A stretch of DNA of 64,000 nt, taken from the NCBI GenBank assembly GCA_049968235.1, contig JBMFRC010000001.1, positions 32,001-96,000 on the forward strand, given 5' to 3'. The position numbers and the translations under genes are program-made. Each line of letters starts with the position of its first letter. Position 1 is the first letter of the stretch. This document shows, piece after piece, positions 18,751 through 29,404 of this stretch. The notes beneath the pieces are model-generated. The model did no database searches, had not been told where the DNA came from, and saw only the letters and a list, made by a program, of their open reading frames with translations. Source of the stretch: Candidatus Hydrogenedens sp. Lineage in GTDB: Bacteria; Hydrogenedentota; Hydrogenedentia; Hydrogenedentales; Hydrogenedentaceae.

Positions 18751-20256
18751 TTAATTAGATTCTTTTTCCCATTCTTCGCGGGAAACAGTTTTTGTTTCAA
18801 TTTTTGCATTATCCAGAATAAGTTTCACTACTTTCTTCCGAAGGATAGTATCGGTTACATCATCTCTTCCCTGTTCTTGGATATAATTTCGAATGGTTTC
18901 TATATCAATACCTGTTCTTCCCTGTATGCTTTGTGCTTCATTTTCATAGTCACTATCCGTAATTTTTATTCCTTCTGCTTCGGCTATTTCACTTGCCACA
19001 GTATACCATTTAATTGTTTTCTCTGCTTTTTCTTTTGCATCTTTTTCCAGTTCTTCTCGCTGTTTTTCAATTTCTGACATAGGCATTCGCATCTGTATCA
19101 TTCGCTGGATTTGTTCCTCTACCTGATTTCTCGCTACTTCTTCAATGAGAGATTTGGGAATTTCAAAAGTACTACTTGCAATAACCTGTTCAATAGCGGA
19201 TGTTTCTAATTGATAATCCGTTTCCTCTGATATAGCATTTTCTATTTCTTTCTTGATTTGTTGTTTTAAGTCTTCAAGATTTTCGGCTCCTGCTTGTTTT
19301 GCAAACTCGTCATTTAATTCCGGCAATTCTTTCCTTTTAATGTCTTTTACTTTAATTTCAAAAGTAGCCTTTTTTCCTGCCAGACTTTTATTTGTATAGT
19401 CTTCTGGAAATTCTACCTCACAAGTTTTTGTATCACCGACTTTGGCACCGATAAGAGCCTCTTCAAATTTACCGAAAAATCTCTTTGAGCCAATAATATA
19501 AGGGTAATTGTTAGCACTTCCACCTGGGAAACTTTCCCCATCTATAGTTCCATTAAAATCAATAATCGCCTGGTCACCATTAGATATTTCTGCATCAGGA
19601 ACGGACTGGTAAATTGAGAAACGGTTTCTCAAAAGTTCCAGTCGTTCTTTAATCATACTTTCATCTGGTTCTAGAACTTTGCGTTCTAATTCAAGTCCAC
19701 GATATTTACCCAGTTCACATCTTGGTGCCACTTCAAAAGTAACCTGAAAAGATATATCACTATCTTCCGGTAATTTGTCAAGTTGTTCTAATCCTTCAAA
19801 TTGTGGTGTCGAAAAAGCCCTTAATTTATTGTCTTCCATTAATTTTTTTACAGATTCGGTTATAACCTTATCAAAGGCTTCTTTTCGTGCTATTTTTCCG
19901 AACTTATTTTCGACCAGCCACATGGGGGCTTTCCCTTTACGGAAACCGGGCAATTCTGCATGTTCCTTTACTTCTTCCAGATTTTTATTTATCTGTGATT
20001 TAGTATTTACTGCAGGAATAGTAATTTTTACGGAATATAAACAGTCCCCTTTGTAATCAATTTCATATTCGGGGTCTTTTTCAAATTTAAATTCTTCCTC
20101 CTCTGTATCATGGGCATGGTGATGGTGTTTATGCTCATGTGTTTTCTCTGTTGGAGATTGTTCCGAAGAATTTTCTGTTACGATTTGAGATTCTTCTGTC
20201 GGTTCCAATTCAGAGGTTTTTGTGTTTTCTTCGTTGTTGTTTTTTTGTTCTGTCAT
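18751..20256 (-). CDS. tig: Trigger factor (ribosome-associated PPIase chaperone) with ~65-aa acidic/His-rich N-terminal extension
   Basis: TF signature [18 protein letters not shown], an FKBP-like middle domain, and a C-terminal domain. The N-terminus [24 protein letters not shown]…[16 protein letters not shown] precedes the usual TF start. Confidence 0.85.
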   Translation of the reverse strand: MTEQKNNNEENTKTSELEPTEESQIVTENSSEQSPTEKTHEHKHHHHAHDTEEEEFKFEKDPEYEIDYKGDCLYSVKITIPAVNTKSQINKNLEEVKEHAELPGFRKGKAPMWLVENKFGKIARKEAFDKVITESVKKLMEDNKLRAFSTPQFEGLEQLDKLPEDSDISFQVTFEVAPRCELGKYRGLELERKVLEPDESMIKERLELLRNRFSIYQSVPDAEISNGDQAIIDFNGTIDGESFPGGSANNYPYIIGSKRFFGKFEEALIGAKVGDTKTCEVEFPEDYTNKSLAGKKATFEIKVKDIKRKELPELNDEFAKQAGAENLEDLKQQIKKEIENAISEETDYQLETSAIEQVIASSTFEIPKSLIEEVARNQVEEQIQRMIQMRMPMSEIEKQREELEKDAKEKAEKTIKWYTVASEIAEAEGIKITDSDYENEAQSIQGRTGIDIETIRNYIQEQGRDDVTDTILRKKVVKLILDNAKIETKTVSREEWEKESN

Positions 20257-20320
20257 AACTATTAACCTATATTTAAGTTGTTTTATTGTTCATTAAGTAT
20301 CTATTTAAAATCTTACAATG

Positions 20321-20402
20321 TGGGCGAGGCGGGAGTTGAACCCGCACACCTTGCGGTACTGGATCCTAAGTCCAGCGCGTCTGCCAATTCCGCCACTCGC
20401 CC
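20321..20402 (-). tRNA. tRNA-Leu (anticodon TAG), long variable arm, CCA not encoded
   Basis: Reverse complement reads GGGCGAGTGGCGGAATTGGCAGACGCGCTGGACTTAGGATCCAG…GGGTTCAACTCCCGCCTCGCCCA. Anticodon loop CTTAGGA. Class II variable arm. T-arm GGTTCAACTCC. Confidence 0.8.
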
Positions 20403-20482
20403 CTCATGCTAATAAACATTGGGGTTTAAAAGATTACCATAAATCCATATTTTTTTACAACTTTTGAAATAAATAGGAATTT

Positions 20483-22411
20483 TCAGGAAATGTTATATGT
20501 CCGGGGTAGATTTGGCACAGGGATATGTTGATTTTGTTCAAAAATTTCTAGGATTTTGTTAGATAATTCGTCAATAGTTAATCCGAACATTTTTAATTGT
20601 TCTTCGCGGGAAGCATGTTCACAAAATAAATCCGGTATGCCAAACCGATATATTTTTTTGTCTTCTATTAACGAATTGTCATTGAAAAATTCAAGGATAG
20701 CACTTCCGAATCCCCCTACCAGTGTGTTTTCCTCAACGGTAAAAATAAGCGGTGTAGAGATGTTCTTTAATATTTGTGTATCAAGGGGTTTAATCCATCG
20801 CATATCAATAACACCGATTGATAAACCTATCTTTTGCAATCTTTCTGATACCTTCAGACAGGTATGGGCTTTGGTTCCGATTGTAACAAAATAGCCATCG
20901 TTTCCGGTTAAAAGGACATCTGCCCCCATGTAATTTCGTTGAGAGGCTGAATGGGTAAGGATGGATTGTGCTTTGGGGTAGCGAATTGCAACAGGTCCTT
21001 CTTGAAGGACCGCTATTTCTAAAAGTTTTTCCAAATCAAAGCCATCGCGAGGTGCACAAATCTTTAATTGTGGTATAAGTCGTAAAAAGGAAAGGTCAAA
21101 AGTCCCCATGTGAGTAGGACCATCTTCACCGACAAGTCCCGCCCGGTCTATCGCGAAAATAACGGGTAGGTTTTGCAGACAAATATCATGAATAATCTGG
21201 TCATAAGCCCGTTGTAAGAAAGTTGAATAGATAGCGACAATAGGGCGAAATCCTTCACAGGCAAGTCCACCTGCAAGAGTTACTGCATGCTGTTCACAAA
21301 TTCCCACATCAAAAAATCGATGAGGAAATCTGTCTGCAAAAGTGGTCAAACCGGTACCTTCGGGCATTGCAGCTGTTATGGCAACAATTCGATTATCTTT
21401 TTCTGCCAGTTTACATATAGCGTCGCTAAAATGTTCGGTAAAACTTTTTCCTATTTCTTCGACAGATTGAGTTACCAGGATTCCATCGCCTTCTTCATCG
21501 GATTTTTGGATTTTCTTAGGTTTAATTCCATGATACTTTTGAGGGTCTTCTTCTGCTTCTTTGAATCCTTTCCCTTTTTCAGTTCGGCAGTGGAATAAAA
21601 CAGGACCTGTGAAGTGCTTTAAATTCTGGAAACATTCAATTAATAGAGGCAAATCATGCCCATCAGCAGGACCTATATAATTAAATCCCAATTCTTGAAA
21701 AAGAGAACCCTTTGTGATAAAACCTTTTACTGATTTTTCCAAATCCTGAATGGTTCGCGTCACACGTTCCCCTACAATTCGTTTCACAAAACTTCCAACA
21801 TCTTCTTTTGCCCTTTTATAAGGGTAAGCCATAATGAGTCGGTTAAAATATCGTGCTAAAGCCCCTGTATTGGGGGCAATAGACATTTCATTATCATTTA
21901 ATATTACAAGCAAATTTGTTCCGAGATGACCCGCATGACTTAATGCTTCTATTGCCATACCCCCTGTCATGGCACCATCTCCTATAACAGCAATAACATG
22001 CTTATCTCCCTTTTCTATATCGCGGGCAATAGCCATCCCTAAGGCGGAAGAAATAGATGTTGAACTATGCCCCGTACCAAAAAAATCGAACGGACTTTCC
22101 TCACGACGAGGATAGCCACTTATTCCACCTTTTCTTCGTAGCGTATAAAAATTATGATTCCTTCCTGTAAGTATCTTATGTGCATAAGACTGATGCCCCA
22201 CATCCCAGATAAGGATATCCTTGCCAATATCAAAAACATAATGCAAAGCAATGGTCAGTTCTACTACTCCAAGTGGAGATGCCAGATGTCCTCCATTAAT
22301 CAAGACTGTAGAAACAATCTTTTCGCGAATTTCTCTCGCTAATTGTTCTAACCGGTCTATAGATAGGTTTTTAATATCCTTAGATGAATTTATATTTTCA
22401 AGAATAGCCAT
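20483..22411 (-). CDS. dxs: 1-deoxy-D-xylulose-5-phosphate synthase
   Basis: …GGHLASPLGVVELTIALHYVFD…GDGAMTGGMAIEALSHAG… TPP-binding and transketolase-like motifs. 642 aa. Confidence 0.9.
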   Translation of the reverse strand: MAILENINSSKDIKNLSIDRLEQLAREIREKIVSTVLINGGHLASPLGVVELTIALHYVFDIGKDILIWDVGHQSYAHKILTGRNHNFYTLRRKGGISGYPRREESPFDFFGTGHSSTSISSALGMAIARDIEKGDKHVIAVIGDGAMTGGMAIEALSHAGHLGTNLLVILNDNEMSIAPNTGALARYFNRLIMAYPYKRAKEDVGSFVKRIVGERVTRTIQDLEKSVKGFITKGSLFQELGFNYIGPADGHDLPLLIECFQNLKHFTGPVLFHCRTEKGKGFKEAEEDPQKYHGIKPKKIQKSDEEGDGILVTQSVEEIGKSFTEHFSDAICKLAEKDNRIVAITAAMPEGTGLTTFADRFPHRFFDVGICEQHAVTLAGGLACEGFRPIVAIYSTFLQRAYDQIIHDICLQNLPVIFAIDRAGLVGEDGPTHMGTFDLSFLRLIPQLKICAPRDGFDLEKLLEIAVLQEGPVAIRYPKAQSILTHSASQRNYMGADVLLTGNDGYFVTIGTKAHTCLKVSERLQKIGLSIGVIDMRWIKPLDTQILKNISTPLIFTVEENTLVGGFGSAILEFFNDNSLIEDKKIYRFGIPDLFCEHASREEQLKMFGLTIDELSNKILEIFEQNQHIPVPNLPRTYNIS

Positions 22412-22554
22412 ATTGTAAATTTCCAGTAAAAAACTGCTTCATTTCTGGTAATATAATAACACATATATCTCTTAAATGTCCTGCTATAAGAAATTTATAA
22501 GGTTGTGTTATAATAAAACACTGTTTACATCCATTTTAATTCATTATTTAACCG

Positions 22555-23388
22555 ATGAGAAAAAGTAGTATGAAGTCTATAAAATATTGCCCCATTTTTA
22601 TTTTGTTGTTTAGTTTAATATCGATTTCTGTATTCAATATTTTTGCTGATGAGATAGCGGAATTCGGGAGGAAAATTTTCCAACAATATTCCTCTTCGGT
22701 TATTACGGTAAGAGCGAATTTATTAATAACTACATCGGATGGAGAAGAGGAATCAGTTGGTCAATGCACAGCGGTTTTAGTAAAGCCTTCTGGTATGGCA
22801 ATCCTGGCTCTTTCTGCACTTGACCCTTCGATATTAATAGACCAGGAATTACGAAACACAATTAATATTCGTATCGCTTCAATAAAGATGATACTGAAAG
22901 ATGAAAAAGAGATTCCTGCTGAAGTGTTATTACAGGATAAAGAACGCGATGTTATGGTTATTCAAGCAAAAGAGTCTATTCCGGAGGATTTAGTAAAGAT
23001 ATCCTTAGAAAAAGAGGACATTGCAGTTCCACAATTATTAGATCCCTTGTTATTAATTATGCAACATGGGAAAGTGGCTCGTCGCTCTCATAGTGCAACT
23101 CTATTGAGAGTAGAGAGTATTATCGATAAACCTTTTCTTTTTTATACATTGAGCCAGAGCCGTTCTTTTGATATTTTGAGTTCTCCTTTGTTTTCAATGG
23201 ATGGGAAATTTGTAGGTATGGGCACTTTACGTGTAGTGCAGGAATGGAAAGATGAAGTTGAAAATAATTCATTGATTATCATTTTGCCTGCGGGACAAAT
23301 TGCCCCGCTTGTAAAAGAAGCGATAGATTTAAAACAGGGAAATGCAATTAATAAACCTGAACCTGCCGAAACAAAACTCTCTAATTAA
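22555..23388 (+). CDS. Hypothetical secreted protein (N-terminal signal peptide)
   Basis: MRKSSMKSIKYCPIFILLFSLISISVFNIFA signal peptide. No confident family. Confidence 0.4.
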   Translation: MRKSSMKSIKYCPIFILLFSLISISVFNIFADEIAEFGRKIFQQYSSSVITVRANLLITTSDGEEESVGQCTAVLVKPSGMAILALSALDPSILIDQELRNTINIRIASIKMILKDEKEIPAEVLLQDKERDVMVIQAKESIPEDLVKISLEKEDIAVPQLLDPLLLIMQHGKVARRSHSATLLRVESIIDKPFLFYTLSQSRSFDILSSPLFSMDGKFVGMGTLRVVQEWKDEVENNSLIIILPAGQIAPLVKEAIDLKQGNAINKPEPAETKLSN

Positions 23389-23389
23389 C

Positions 23390-23734
23390 TTATTCTTTTG
23401 TCGAAATATTTTTATTCTGTTCAAATTCATTAATAACACTATTCTTTGATAATGCTACTCCACTTTTGAATGCAGAACGGCTAATACAATGTGCAGCGAC
23501 AGGTGCTGTAATAAGTGTGAATATAATGGGCAACATGGCACGCACTGTAACTTCTGTGTTCCAGAAATAGAGTGATAATGCAATTAGTGCCCCGGAAACA
23601 CCTAAAGTCCCACTTTTTGTCCCTGCATGCATCCGGGTATATACATCCGGAAAACGCAGTATTCCAAAACCTGCCAATAACATAAAAAATCCGCCTATGA
23701 ATAAAAATAGAGAGACCAATATTTCTTTTATCAT
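23390..23734 (-). CDS. mrpG: Mrp/Mnh antiporter subunit G
   Basis: …GFGILRFPDVYTRMHAGTKSGTLG… is MnhG-like. It is the last gene of the seven-gene mrp cluster. Confidence 0.75.
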   Translation of the reverse strand: MIKEILVSLFLFIGGFFMLLAGFGILRFPDVYTRMHAGTKSGTLGVSGALIALSLYFWNTEVTVRAMLPIIFTLITAPVAAHCISRSAFKSGVALSKNSVINEFEQNKNISTKE

Positions 23735-23997
23735 GGTTTCCCTCCAAGTCCTAAATAATATGCAAAGGTAACTGTACCTAAAAAGGAAAGAATAGTAATT
23801 GTGATTGCGTCAATTAAGTATGTGGGGGTTGATATAGCAATAGAATAAACAGCGATTATTCCGACAATTTGCGTTGTTATTAAGTCCAGCGCTACTACAC
23901 GGTCTGCCAGAGTAGGACCGATAGCAAGTCGTATCAAGGCAAATATTATACCTAAAACAACCATTATTGTAAATATAACTATACTCGAAAAAATCAT
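23731..23997 (-). CDS. mrpF: Mrp/Mnh antiporter subunit F
   Basis: 88 aa, hydrophobic, …LAIGPTLADRVVALDLIT… MnhF-like. Confidence 0.7.
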   Translation of the reverse strand: MIFSSIVIFTIMVVLGIIFALIRLAIGPTLADRVVALDLITTQIVGIIAVYSIAISTPTYLIDAITITILSFLGTVTFAYYLGLGGKP

Positions 23998-24000
23998 GTC

Positions 24001-24474
24001 TTAATTAAAAATCGTGTTTAATGGTTTTTCTATCTGCTTTTCTATATCCTTTTTCAATTTTTCAGGATTGTTGGCAAATAAAGCATGAATATACAGTATC
24101 TTATTGTCCTCGGAAATATCCACGCTAAGTGTTCCAGGTGTTAATGATATAAAATTTGCAAATAAAGTTATTTCTAATGGATTGATAGAATGAAGTGGAT
24201 AAGCAATAATTCCGGGTGCAGATTTTGGATGTATACGAAGTACTTCAATGGCTACTTCAATATTTGATAAAAATAATAATCCGATAAAACGGAATGTGAA
24301 CAAAAAAATACGAATTACTTTTAGAAAATAACCCGTTTCTTTACCATATATGATAAATAAAATAAAATAGCCAATAACAAAACCCAATAATATACTTGAA
24401 AAAGAAAGAGTTCCTGAAATAAAAGCCCAGATTAAACTTAAAAGAATATTTGCTAAAAACAAATTTGCATTCAT
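24001..24474 (-). CDS. mrpE: Mrp/Mnh antiporter subunit E
   Basis: 157 aa membrane protein. Position and size are consistent with MnhE. Confidence 0.65.
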   Translation of the reverse strand: MNANLFLANILLSLIWAFISGTLSFSSILLGFVIGYFILFIIYGKETGYFLKVIRIFLFTFRFIGLLFLSNIEVAIEVLRIHPKSAPGIIAYPLHSINPLEITLFANFISLTPGTLSVDISEDNKILYIHALFANNPEKLKKDIEKQIEKPLNTIFN

Positions 24475-24475
24475 T

Positions 24476-25966
24476 CTAATACTCCATAACTTTTTCTATA
24501 TAAGTCAACGGTTGAAGTAAACTCTGAGCGGATTTTTCAGATATAACAATAAAAGTTTCTCCGAATACTCCTAAAAAAACTGTCAGCAAAGCAAGTATTA
24601 TTACAGCACTGTAAGCAAAAAATAAATTTTTATCTGTTACGATGGATACTTCTTTTTGGTGATTGGGTAGTCCCCAGAAAGTATATATCCATATTTTTGT
24701 CATTGAGAATAATGTAAGGAAACTCACCACTATAGATATGAAAACAGTAATATAAGTCCGTGCGTTAATTCCCGCTATTACTAAAGCCAATTTGCCAACA
24801 AATCCTGACAGAGGAGGCAAACCTGCCAGAGATAATGCAGAACAGAGAAAACAGGCGGAGAGTATGGGTAGTTCCTTATACAAATTTCCCTGTGATTTAA
24901 GATAATAACTACCCGTTTTTTCGTTAATAATACCACTTATAAAAAATAAATTCGATTTGGCAATAATATTGTGGACAATAAAGTAGATGGCACCGGCGAT
25001 TCCCGCAGTAGTCCATAAAGCAAGCCCCATTAGCATATAGCCAATTTGGGATATGATATGAAAGGAAAGAATACGTCGAATCTCATTCTGAGATACGGCT
25101 CCAAGAACTCCTATTAACATAGTAAGACTGGCAATTATTAAAAGGGTGTTCTGCATATCTGTATCTATTTCTCGATAAAACAAAGTAAAAGTGCGAATAA
25201 TGGAATACATACCTACTTTTGTGAGTAGACCTGAAAACAATGCAGAAATCCCTGGCGGGGGTGTATGATAAGATGCAGGAAGCCAGAAATATAAAGGAAA
25301 TAAACCGGCTTTTATTCCGAAAGCAACAAGTAATAACGAACTAACTATAAGTTTTGGATATTGTTGTTCCATCATGGAAAGTTTTATCGAAAGGTCTGCT
25401 AGGTTCATGGTTCCTACCATACCATATAAAATTCCGGTAGAGGCAAGAAATACCGCCGACGACATAAGATTGAGGATGACATATTTTATGGAACCTTCTA
25501 ATTGCCTTTGTTCTCCTCCAAATGCCATTAACACAAAGGAGGACATAAGCATAACTTCAAACCAGACATATAAATTAAATAAATCGCCAGTAGTAAAGGC
25601 ACCGGATACTCCCATCATAAGGAAAAAGATTAAGGAAAGATAGCCTAATCGGAATTGCTCTCGGGGTATCATTGACAGGGTATATAAGAGGGAACAAAAT
25701 ACAAGTAAGGATGTAATTACAAGCATGATGGAACTGAAAAGGTCGATAACAATCGTTATTCCAAAGGGAGCCTGCCAGTTTCCGACTTGCAAAGAATAAT
25801 AATTTCCATGATAAGTAGTCCAGAGAAATATCAAGGCGATGAGGAAATAAGCCGTGTTCCCAAACCATACAAAAAACCACTGCAAACGGGGCATTTTGTT
25901 ACTAACAAGGCAAATACTTGCAGTAAGTAATGGTATAATTATGGGGAAAATAACCAGTGTTTTCAT
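24476..25966 (-). CDS. mrpD: Mrp/Mnh antiporter subunit D (NuoL/M/N-like proton pumping subunit)
   Basis: 496 aa polytopic membrane protein with NuoM/L-family TM motifs. Confidence 0.8.
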   Translation of the reverse strand: MKTLVIFPIIIPLLTASICLVSNKMPRLQWFFVWFGNTAYFLIALIFLWTTYHGNYYSLQVGNWQAPFGITIVIDLFSSIMLVITSLLVFCSLLYTLSMIPREQFRLGYLSLIFFLMMGVSGAFTTGDLFNLYVWFEVMLMSSFVLMAFGGEQRQLEGSIKYVILNLMSSAVFLASTGILYGMVGTMNLADLSIKLSMMEQQYPKLIVSSLLLVAFGIKAGLFPLYFWLPASYHTPPPGISALFSGLLTKVGMYSIIRTFTLFYREIDTDMQNTLLIIASLTMLIGVLGAVSQNEIRRILSFHIISQIGYMLMGLALWTTAGIAGAIYFIVHNIIAKSNLFFISGIINEKTGSYYLKSQGNLYKELPILSACFLCSALSLAGLPPLSGFVGKLALVIAGINARTYITVFISIVVSFLTLFSMTKIWIYTFWGLPNHQKEVSIVTDKNLFFAYSAVIILALLTVFLGVFGETFIVISEKSAQSLLQPLTYIEKVMEY

Positions 25967-26310
25967 TGTAAATCAGTCTTTATTAAATCATCCGTATCAT
26001 CTGTGTTTAATGTTTTATGTGTTCGGTGAATTAGGACTAATAGAAAGGCTGTAACACCGAAACTAATTACAATTGCAGTTAATACAAATGCCTGGGGAAG
26101 AGGGTCGGTCATCTGTGATGGAATAGAGGTTGTTCCACTAAATATAGGTGGGATATTTCTTGTAAGGCCACCTGCAGTAAATATTAATAAATTAGCACCA
26201 TGACTAATTAGACACATACCTAATACTAATTTGAACATATTTCTTTGTAACATGAGATACAATCCCGCGGAGTATAAACTACCAACCAAAATAGCAAATA
26301 GCCATTCCAT
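25963..26310 (-). CDS. mrpC: Mrp/Mnh antiporter subunit C (NuoK-like)
   Basis: 115 aa with three TM helices. MnhC-like. Confidence 0.7.
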   Translation of the reverse strand: MEWLFAILVGSLYSAGLYLMLQRNMFKLVLGMCLISHGANLLIFTAGGLTRNIPPIFSGTTSIPSQMTDPLPQAFVLTAIVISFGVTAFLLVLIHRTHKTLNTDDTDDLIKTDLQ

Positions 26311-26319
26311 AATATAACC

Positions 26320-26721
26320 TTAAACCTCTTTGATAAGTTCTAAAATAATTAATAAAGTAGTACCTAAAACTACGCAAAATACACCTGTATCAAACAACAT
26401 GGGTGTTCCTAAGGATAAAGATTTGAAAGATATCCATACCCCCGTCATAAAAGGTTGTCCAAATAATATAGAGATAAACCCACTTCCACATGCTAACAAC
26501 AAACCTACTGCTATGATATATACAGGGGATATTCTTATCCAGTTCTGTGCTCTTTCTACACCGTATGCAAAGGCAAGTAATATAAATGACGCAGAAGCCA
26601 CTAATCCCCCTGAGAACCCCCCACCTGGCTGGTTATGACCTGTTAATAGTAGATAAATCGCAAATAGGAATAATAAGGGAGCAATATATTTGCTGGCGGT
26701 TTTTAATATTAAACTATCCAT
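26320..26721 (-). CDS. mrpB: Mrp/Mnh antiporter subunit B
   Basis: 133 aa membrane protein following mrpA. MnhB domain. Confidence 0.65.
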   Translation of the reverse strand: MDSLILKTASKYIAPLLFLFAIYLLLTGHNQPGGGFSGGLVASASFILLAFAYGVERAQNWIRISPVYIIAVGLLLACGSGFISILFGQPFMTGVWISFKSLSLGTPMLFDTGVFCVVLGTTLLIILELIKEV

Positions 26722-29041
26722 GTTTCCTTAACCTCTGATAACGGAGTAATGCATAAGTGCCAATGCCTGCTATAGCCAGGACAGTTATCTCACCCAGGGT
26801 ATCAAAACCCCGAAAATCCACAAGAATAACATTTACAATATTGCCTCCATGGGCTTCATGAAGGCTTTTTGCTGTAAAATATGATGAAATAGAAGGATGT
26901 GTTTGAATACTCGAAGCAGAAAGAGTTAGAAAACCCATAACGATGCCAAAGAGTGTGCAGATAAAGCCATTTTGATATTTTGTAAGATTTCTACGGTGTA
27001 AGTGTTGTTCGGGCAAATGATAGAAAACAAAAACAAATAGAGATACAGTAAGCGTTTCGATTATGAATTGGGTCATGGCTAAATCGGGGGCACTATAAAT
27101 CAGGAATATAACCGCCATCCCATAGCCAATTATTCCGAGACAAATTACTGCCGTTAGTTTCTTTTGAGCAAAAATAACTCCAAAAATTCCTGCGATAATA
27201 ATCAGTATTAAAACAAAATCGTATATCGTAGTTTTGTGTTCAGGATGAAAGATATGTTTTAAAATATTACTTTGAATGACATTCCATTCTGCAATCATGG
27301 CAACCAAAGAAGCAATAAGGACTGCAAATGCGAATGTCTGAAGGTAGGAACGGAGTTTACCATTTTGAAAGAACCGAGTAATGCGGTCTGATTGCAATAA
27401 TAATTGATTAATTATTTGTTGGTATACTTTTGTAGCAAATGCAGTTATTCCATGTCCTCTTGTTTTATTTTTCTGCCACAATGTTATATCAAGTCCGAGG
27501 GCAATACCACCCAACCATGCCATAATACTGGGTAGAAGCATTAGATATGAATTATTTTTATTAACACTTTGAGAATGTGCATGTGTCGCTACATTTGATA
27601 GAAAATTTTCTGAGAGTTTGTGAAAAATATCCATTAAATATGGTGACAGAGGAATAGTTATACTGGCAATAGATAATAATAAAGGAATACTTGCAAGCAA
27701 ATAGGATAAAGTTTTGGGATGGAATTCCTCTTCCCTTTCTTCTTCATCTTTTTTGAATAAGGGTATTAATAAGAATCGTATTGCAAAACCTGTTATTAGA
27801 CTATTCCCAATAATTATCCATAATAAAACTATCGTTGAATATAAGGTACGTAATTGGAAAATGGAATGGATAAGTATTTCCTTTGTATAAAAACTAAAGG
27901 TGTAAGGTAACCCTGCAAGCGAACATAGGAAAGGCAAAGCAATAATCAAAAATAAAGGTTGGTTTCGCCATAGTCCTTTTATTTTTGAAAGGTATTTGTT
28001 ATGAGTTGTAAATTCAATAGTCCCTGCAAACAAGAATAAACCTGCTTTGTATATAGCGTGAGCGAAAAGTATAAGCATGGCACTATAAATAGTTTCAGGG
28101 GTACCTATACCTATCAGACAGGTAAGTAATCCTAAAGTACTTACGGTAGTATATGCTAATGCTTTTTTGATGGAGTCTTCCTTCAAACTACAGAATGCCC
28201 CCCAAAAAAATGTAAAACCTCCGGAAATAACTAATACAATATTCCAGAGAGGGATATTGGAAAAGAGAGGAGATAATCGAAATGCTAAAAAAACACCTGC
28301 TTTGACCATAGTAGCTGAATGCAAATAAGCACTTGCAGGTGCTGGAGCAGTCATCGCGTCAGGTAACCAGAAATGAAATGGATACTGGGCAGATTTTGTC
28401 ATTATCCCTAAAATTATTAAAAAAATAGATATATTTAAAAAGATAGGGTTGGAAGAAAAATTCAATTTACCATGAAGTTCCGGAAGATTTGCTGTTCCTG
28501 AGATTATAAACAATATAATAAATCCAGCAAGCAGACAAAGTCCTCCCCCACCTGTAACAAGCAATGCTTCCCATGCACTTTTTCTTGCCTCTTCCTGTTC
28601 ATGATAATGTCCTATCAGGAAGAAAGAAGCTAAACTGGTTAACTCCCAGAAAAGGAAAAGGAGGAATAAATTTGCAGAAAAAACAATACCTAACATGGAA
28701 CCCATAAAAACAAAGAACCAGAAAAACCAACTGTTCAATGATGTGTCTTTATGTAAATAAATTACTGCAAAAAAATGGATTAATATACCTATGATTAAAA
28801 TAAAAATTCCAAAAAGGAGTTGGAAATAAGAACTTTCCAGGAATAATTGCACCCCTAACGAGGGTAACCAATCCAGTCGAAAGGATAAAACTTCCTCTTT
28901 ATTTAACCAGGTAATTGCAATATAAAGTGCTATTAAAGGTGGGATGATAAGGATTTTGTTCCATAAAGTTTTTTTAAATGGAAAAGGTAGAAAAAGAAGT
29001 AAGGTAGGACTGAAGGCTAATAAAATAATAGCAAGTATCAT
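26714..29041 (-). CDS. mrpA: Mrp/Mnh antiporter subunit A (NuoL-like, with fused MnhB-like C-terminal domain)
   Basis: 775 aa. N-terminal NuoL/MnhA pump-subunit motifs. First gene of the cluster. Confidence 0.8.
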   Translation of the reverse strand: MILAIILLAFSPTLLLFLPFPFKKTLWNKILIIPPLIALYIAITWLNKEEVLSFRLDWLPSLGVQLFLESSYFQLLFGIFILIIGILIHFFAVIYLHKDTSLNSWFFWFFVFMGSMLGIVFSANLFLLFLFWELTSLASFFLIGHYHEQEEARKSAWEALLVTGGGGLCLLAGFIILFIISGTANLPELHGKLNFSSNPIFLNISIFLIILGIMTKSAQYPFHFWLPDAMTAPAPASAYLHSATMVKAGVFLAFRLSPLFSNIPLWNIVLVISGGFTFFWGAFCSLKEDSIKKALAYTTVSTLGLLTCLIGIGTPETIYSAMLILFAHAIYKAGLFLFAGTIEFTTHNKYLSKIKGLWRNQPLFLIIALPFLCSLAGLPYTFSFYTKEILIHSIFQLRTLYSTIVLLWIIIGNSLITGFAIRFLLIPLFKKDEEEREEEFHPKTLSYLLASIPLLLSIASITIPLSPYLMDIFHKLSENFLSNVATHAHSQSVNKNNSYLMLLPSIMAWLGGIALGLDITLWQKNKTRGHGITAFATKVYQQIINQLLLQSDRITRFFQNGKLRSYLQTFAFAVLIASLVAMIAEWNVIQSNILKHIFHPEHKTTIYDFVLILIIIAGIFGVIFAQKKLTAVICLGIIGYGMAVIFLIYSAPDLAMTQFIIETLTVSLFVFVFYHLPEQHLHRRNLTKYQNGFICTLFGIVMGFLTLSASSIQTHPSISSYFTAKSLHEAHGGNIVNVILVDFRGFDTLGEITVLAIAGIGTYALLRYQRLRKHG

Positions 29042-29184
29042 TTTTTATTATATTTTCATTCTAAAATTGTATTATACTCTTGTTATAATGTTGTAGTTTG
29101 TAATATTATTTTACGAAGTTTGTATAATAAATGATAGACGAAGAATTATTCAATTATTTTTTGAACACTATAAGGAGGTTTTAC

Positions 29185-29328
29185 ATGAAACATACGAAAT
29201 TAATGACACAAAAAGTTTCTACTCTTGAAACAGCATCAGCCTCTACAATTATTTCCATTATTGCTACTGTCCTTACTGCCATTGCAGGTTTATTGTCAGC
29301 ACTTGGTCCAATTATTGCAAAGAGCTAA
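29185..29328 (+). CDS. 47-aa hydrophobic small protein (single predicted TM helix), unknown function
   Basis: Strong SD AAGGAGG 7 nt upstream of ATG 29185. MKHTKLMTQKVSTLETASASTIISIIATVLTAIAGLLSALGPIIAKS. The 65-aa track ORF is a 5' extension. Confidence 0.45.
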   Translation: MKHTKLMTQKVSTLETASASTIISIIATVLTAIAGLLSALGPIIAKS

Positions 29329-29404
29329 TTTAAAAAGTTGGACAAATTAGACAAGTCGGAAATATCGGACTTGTCGGACAAGTCGTTCATATCTGAGGGA
29401 GGTA

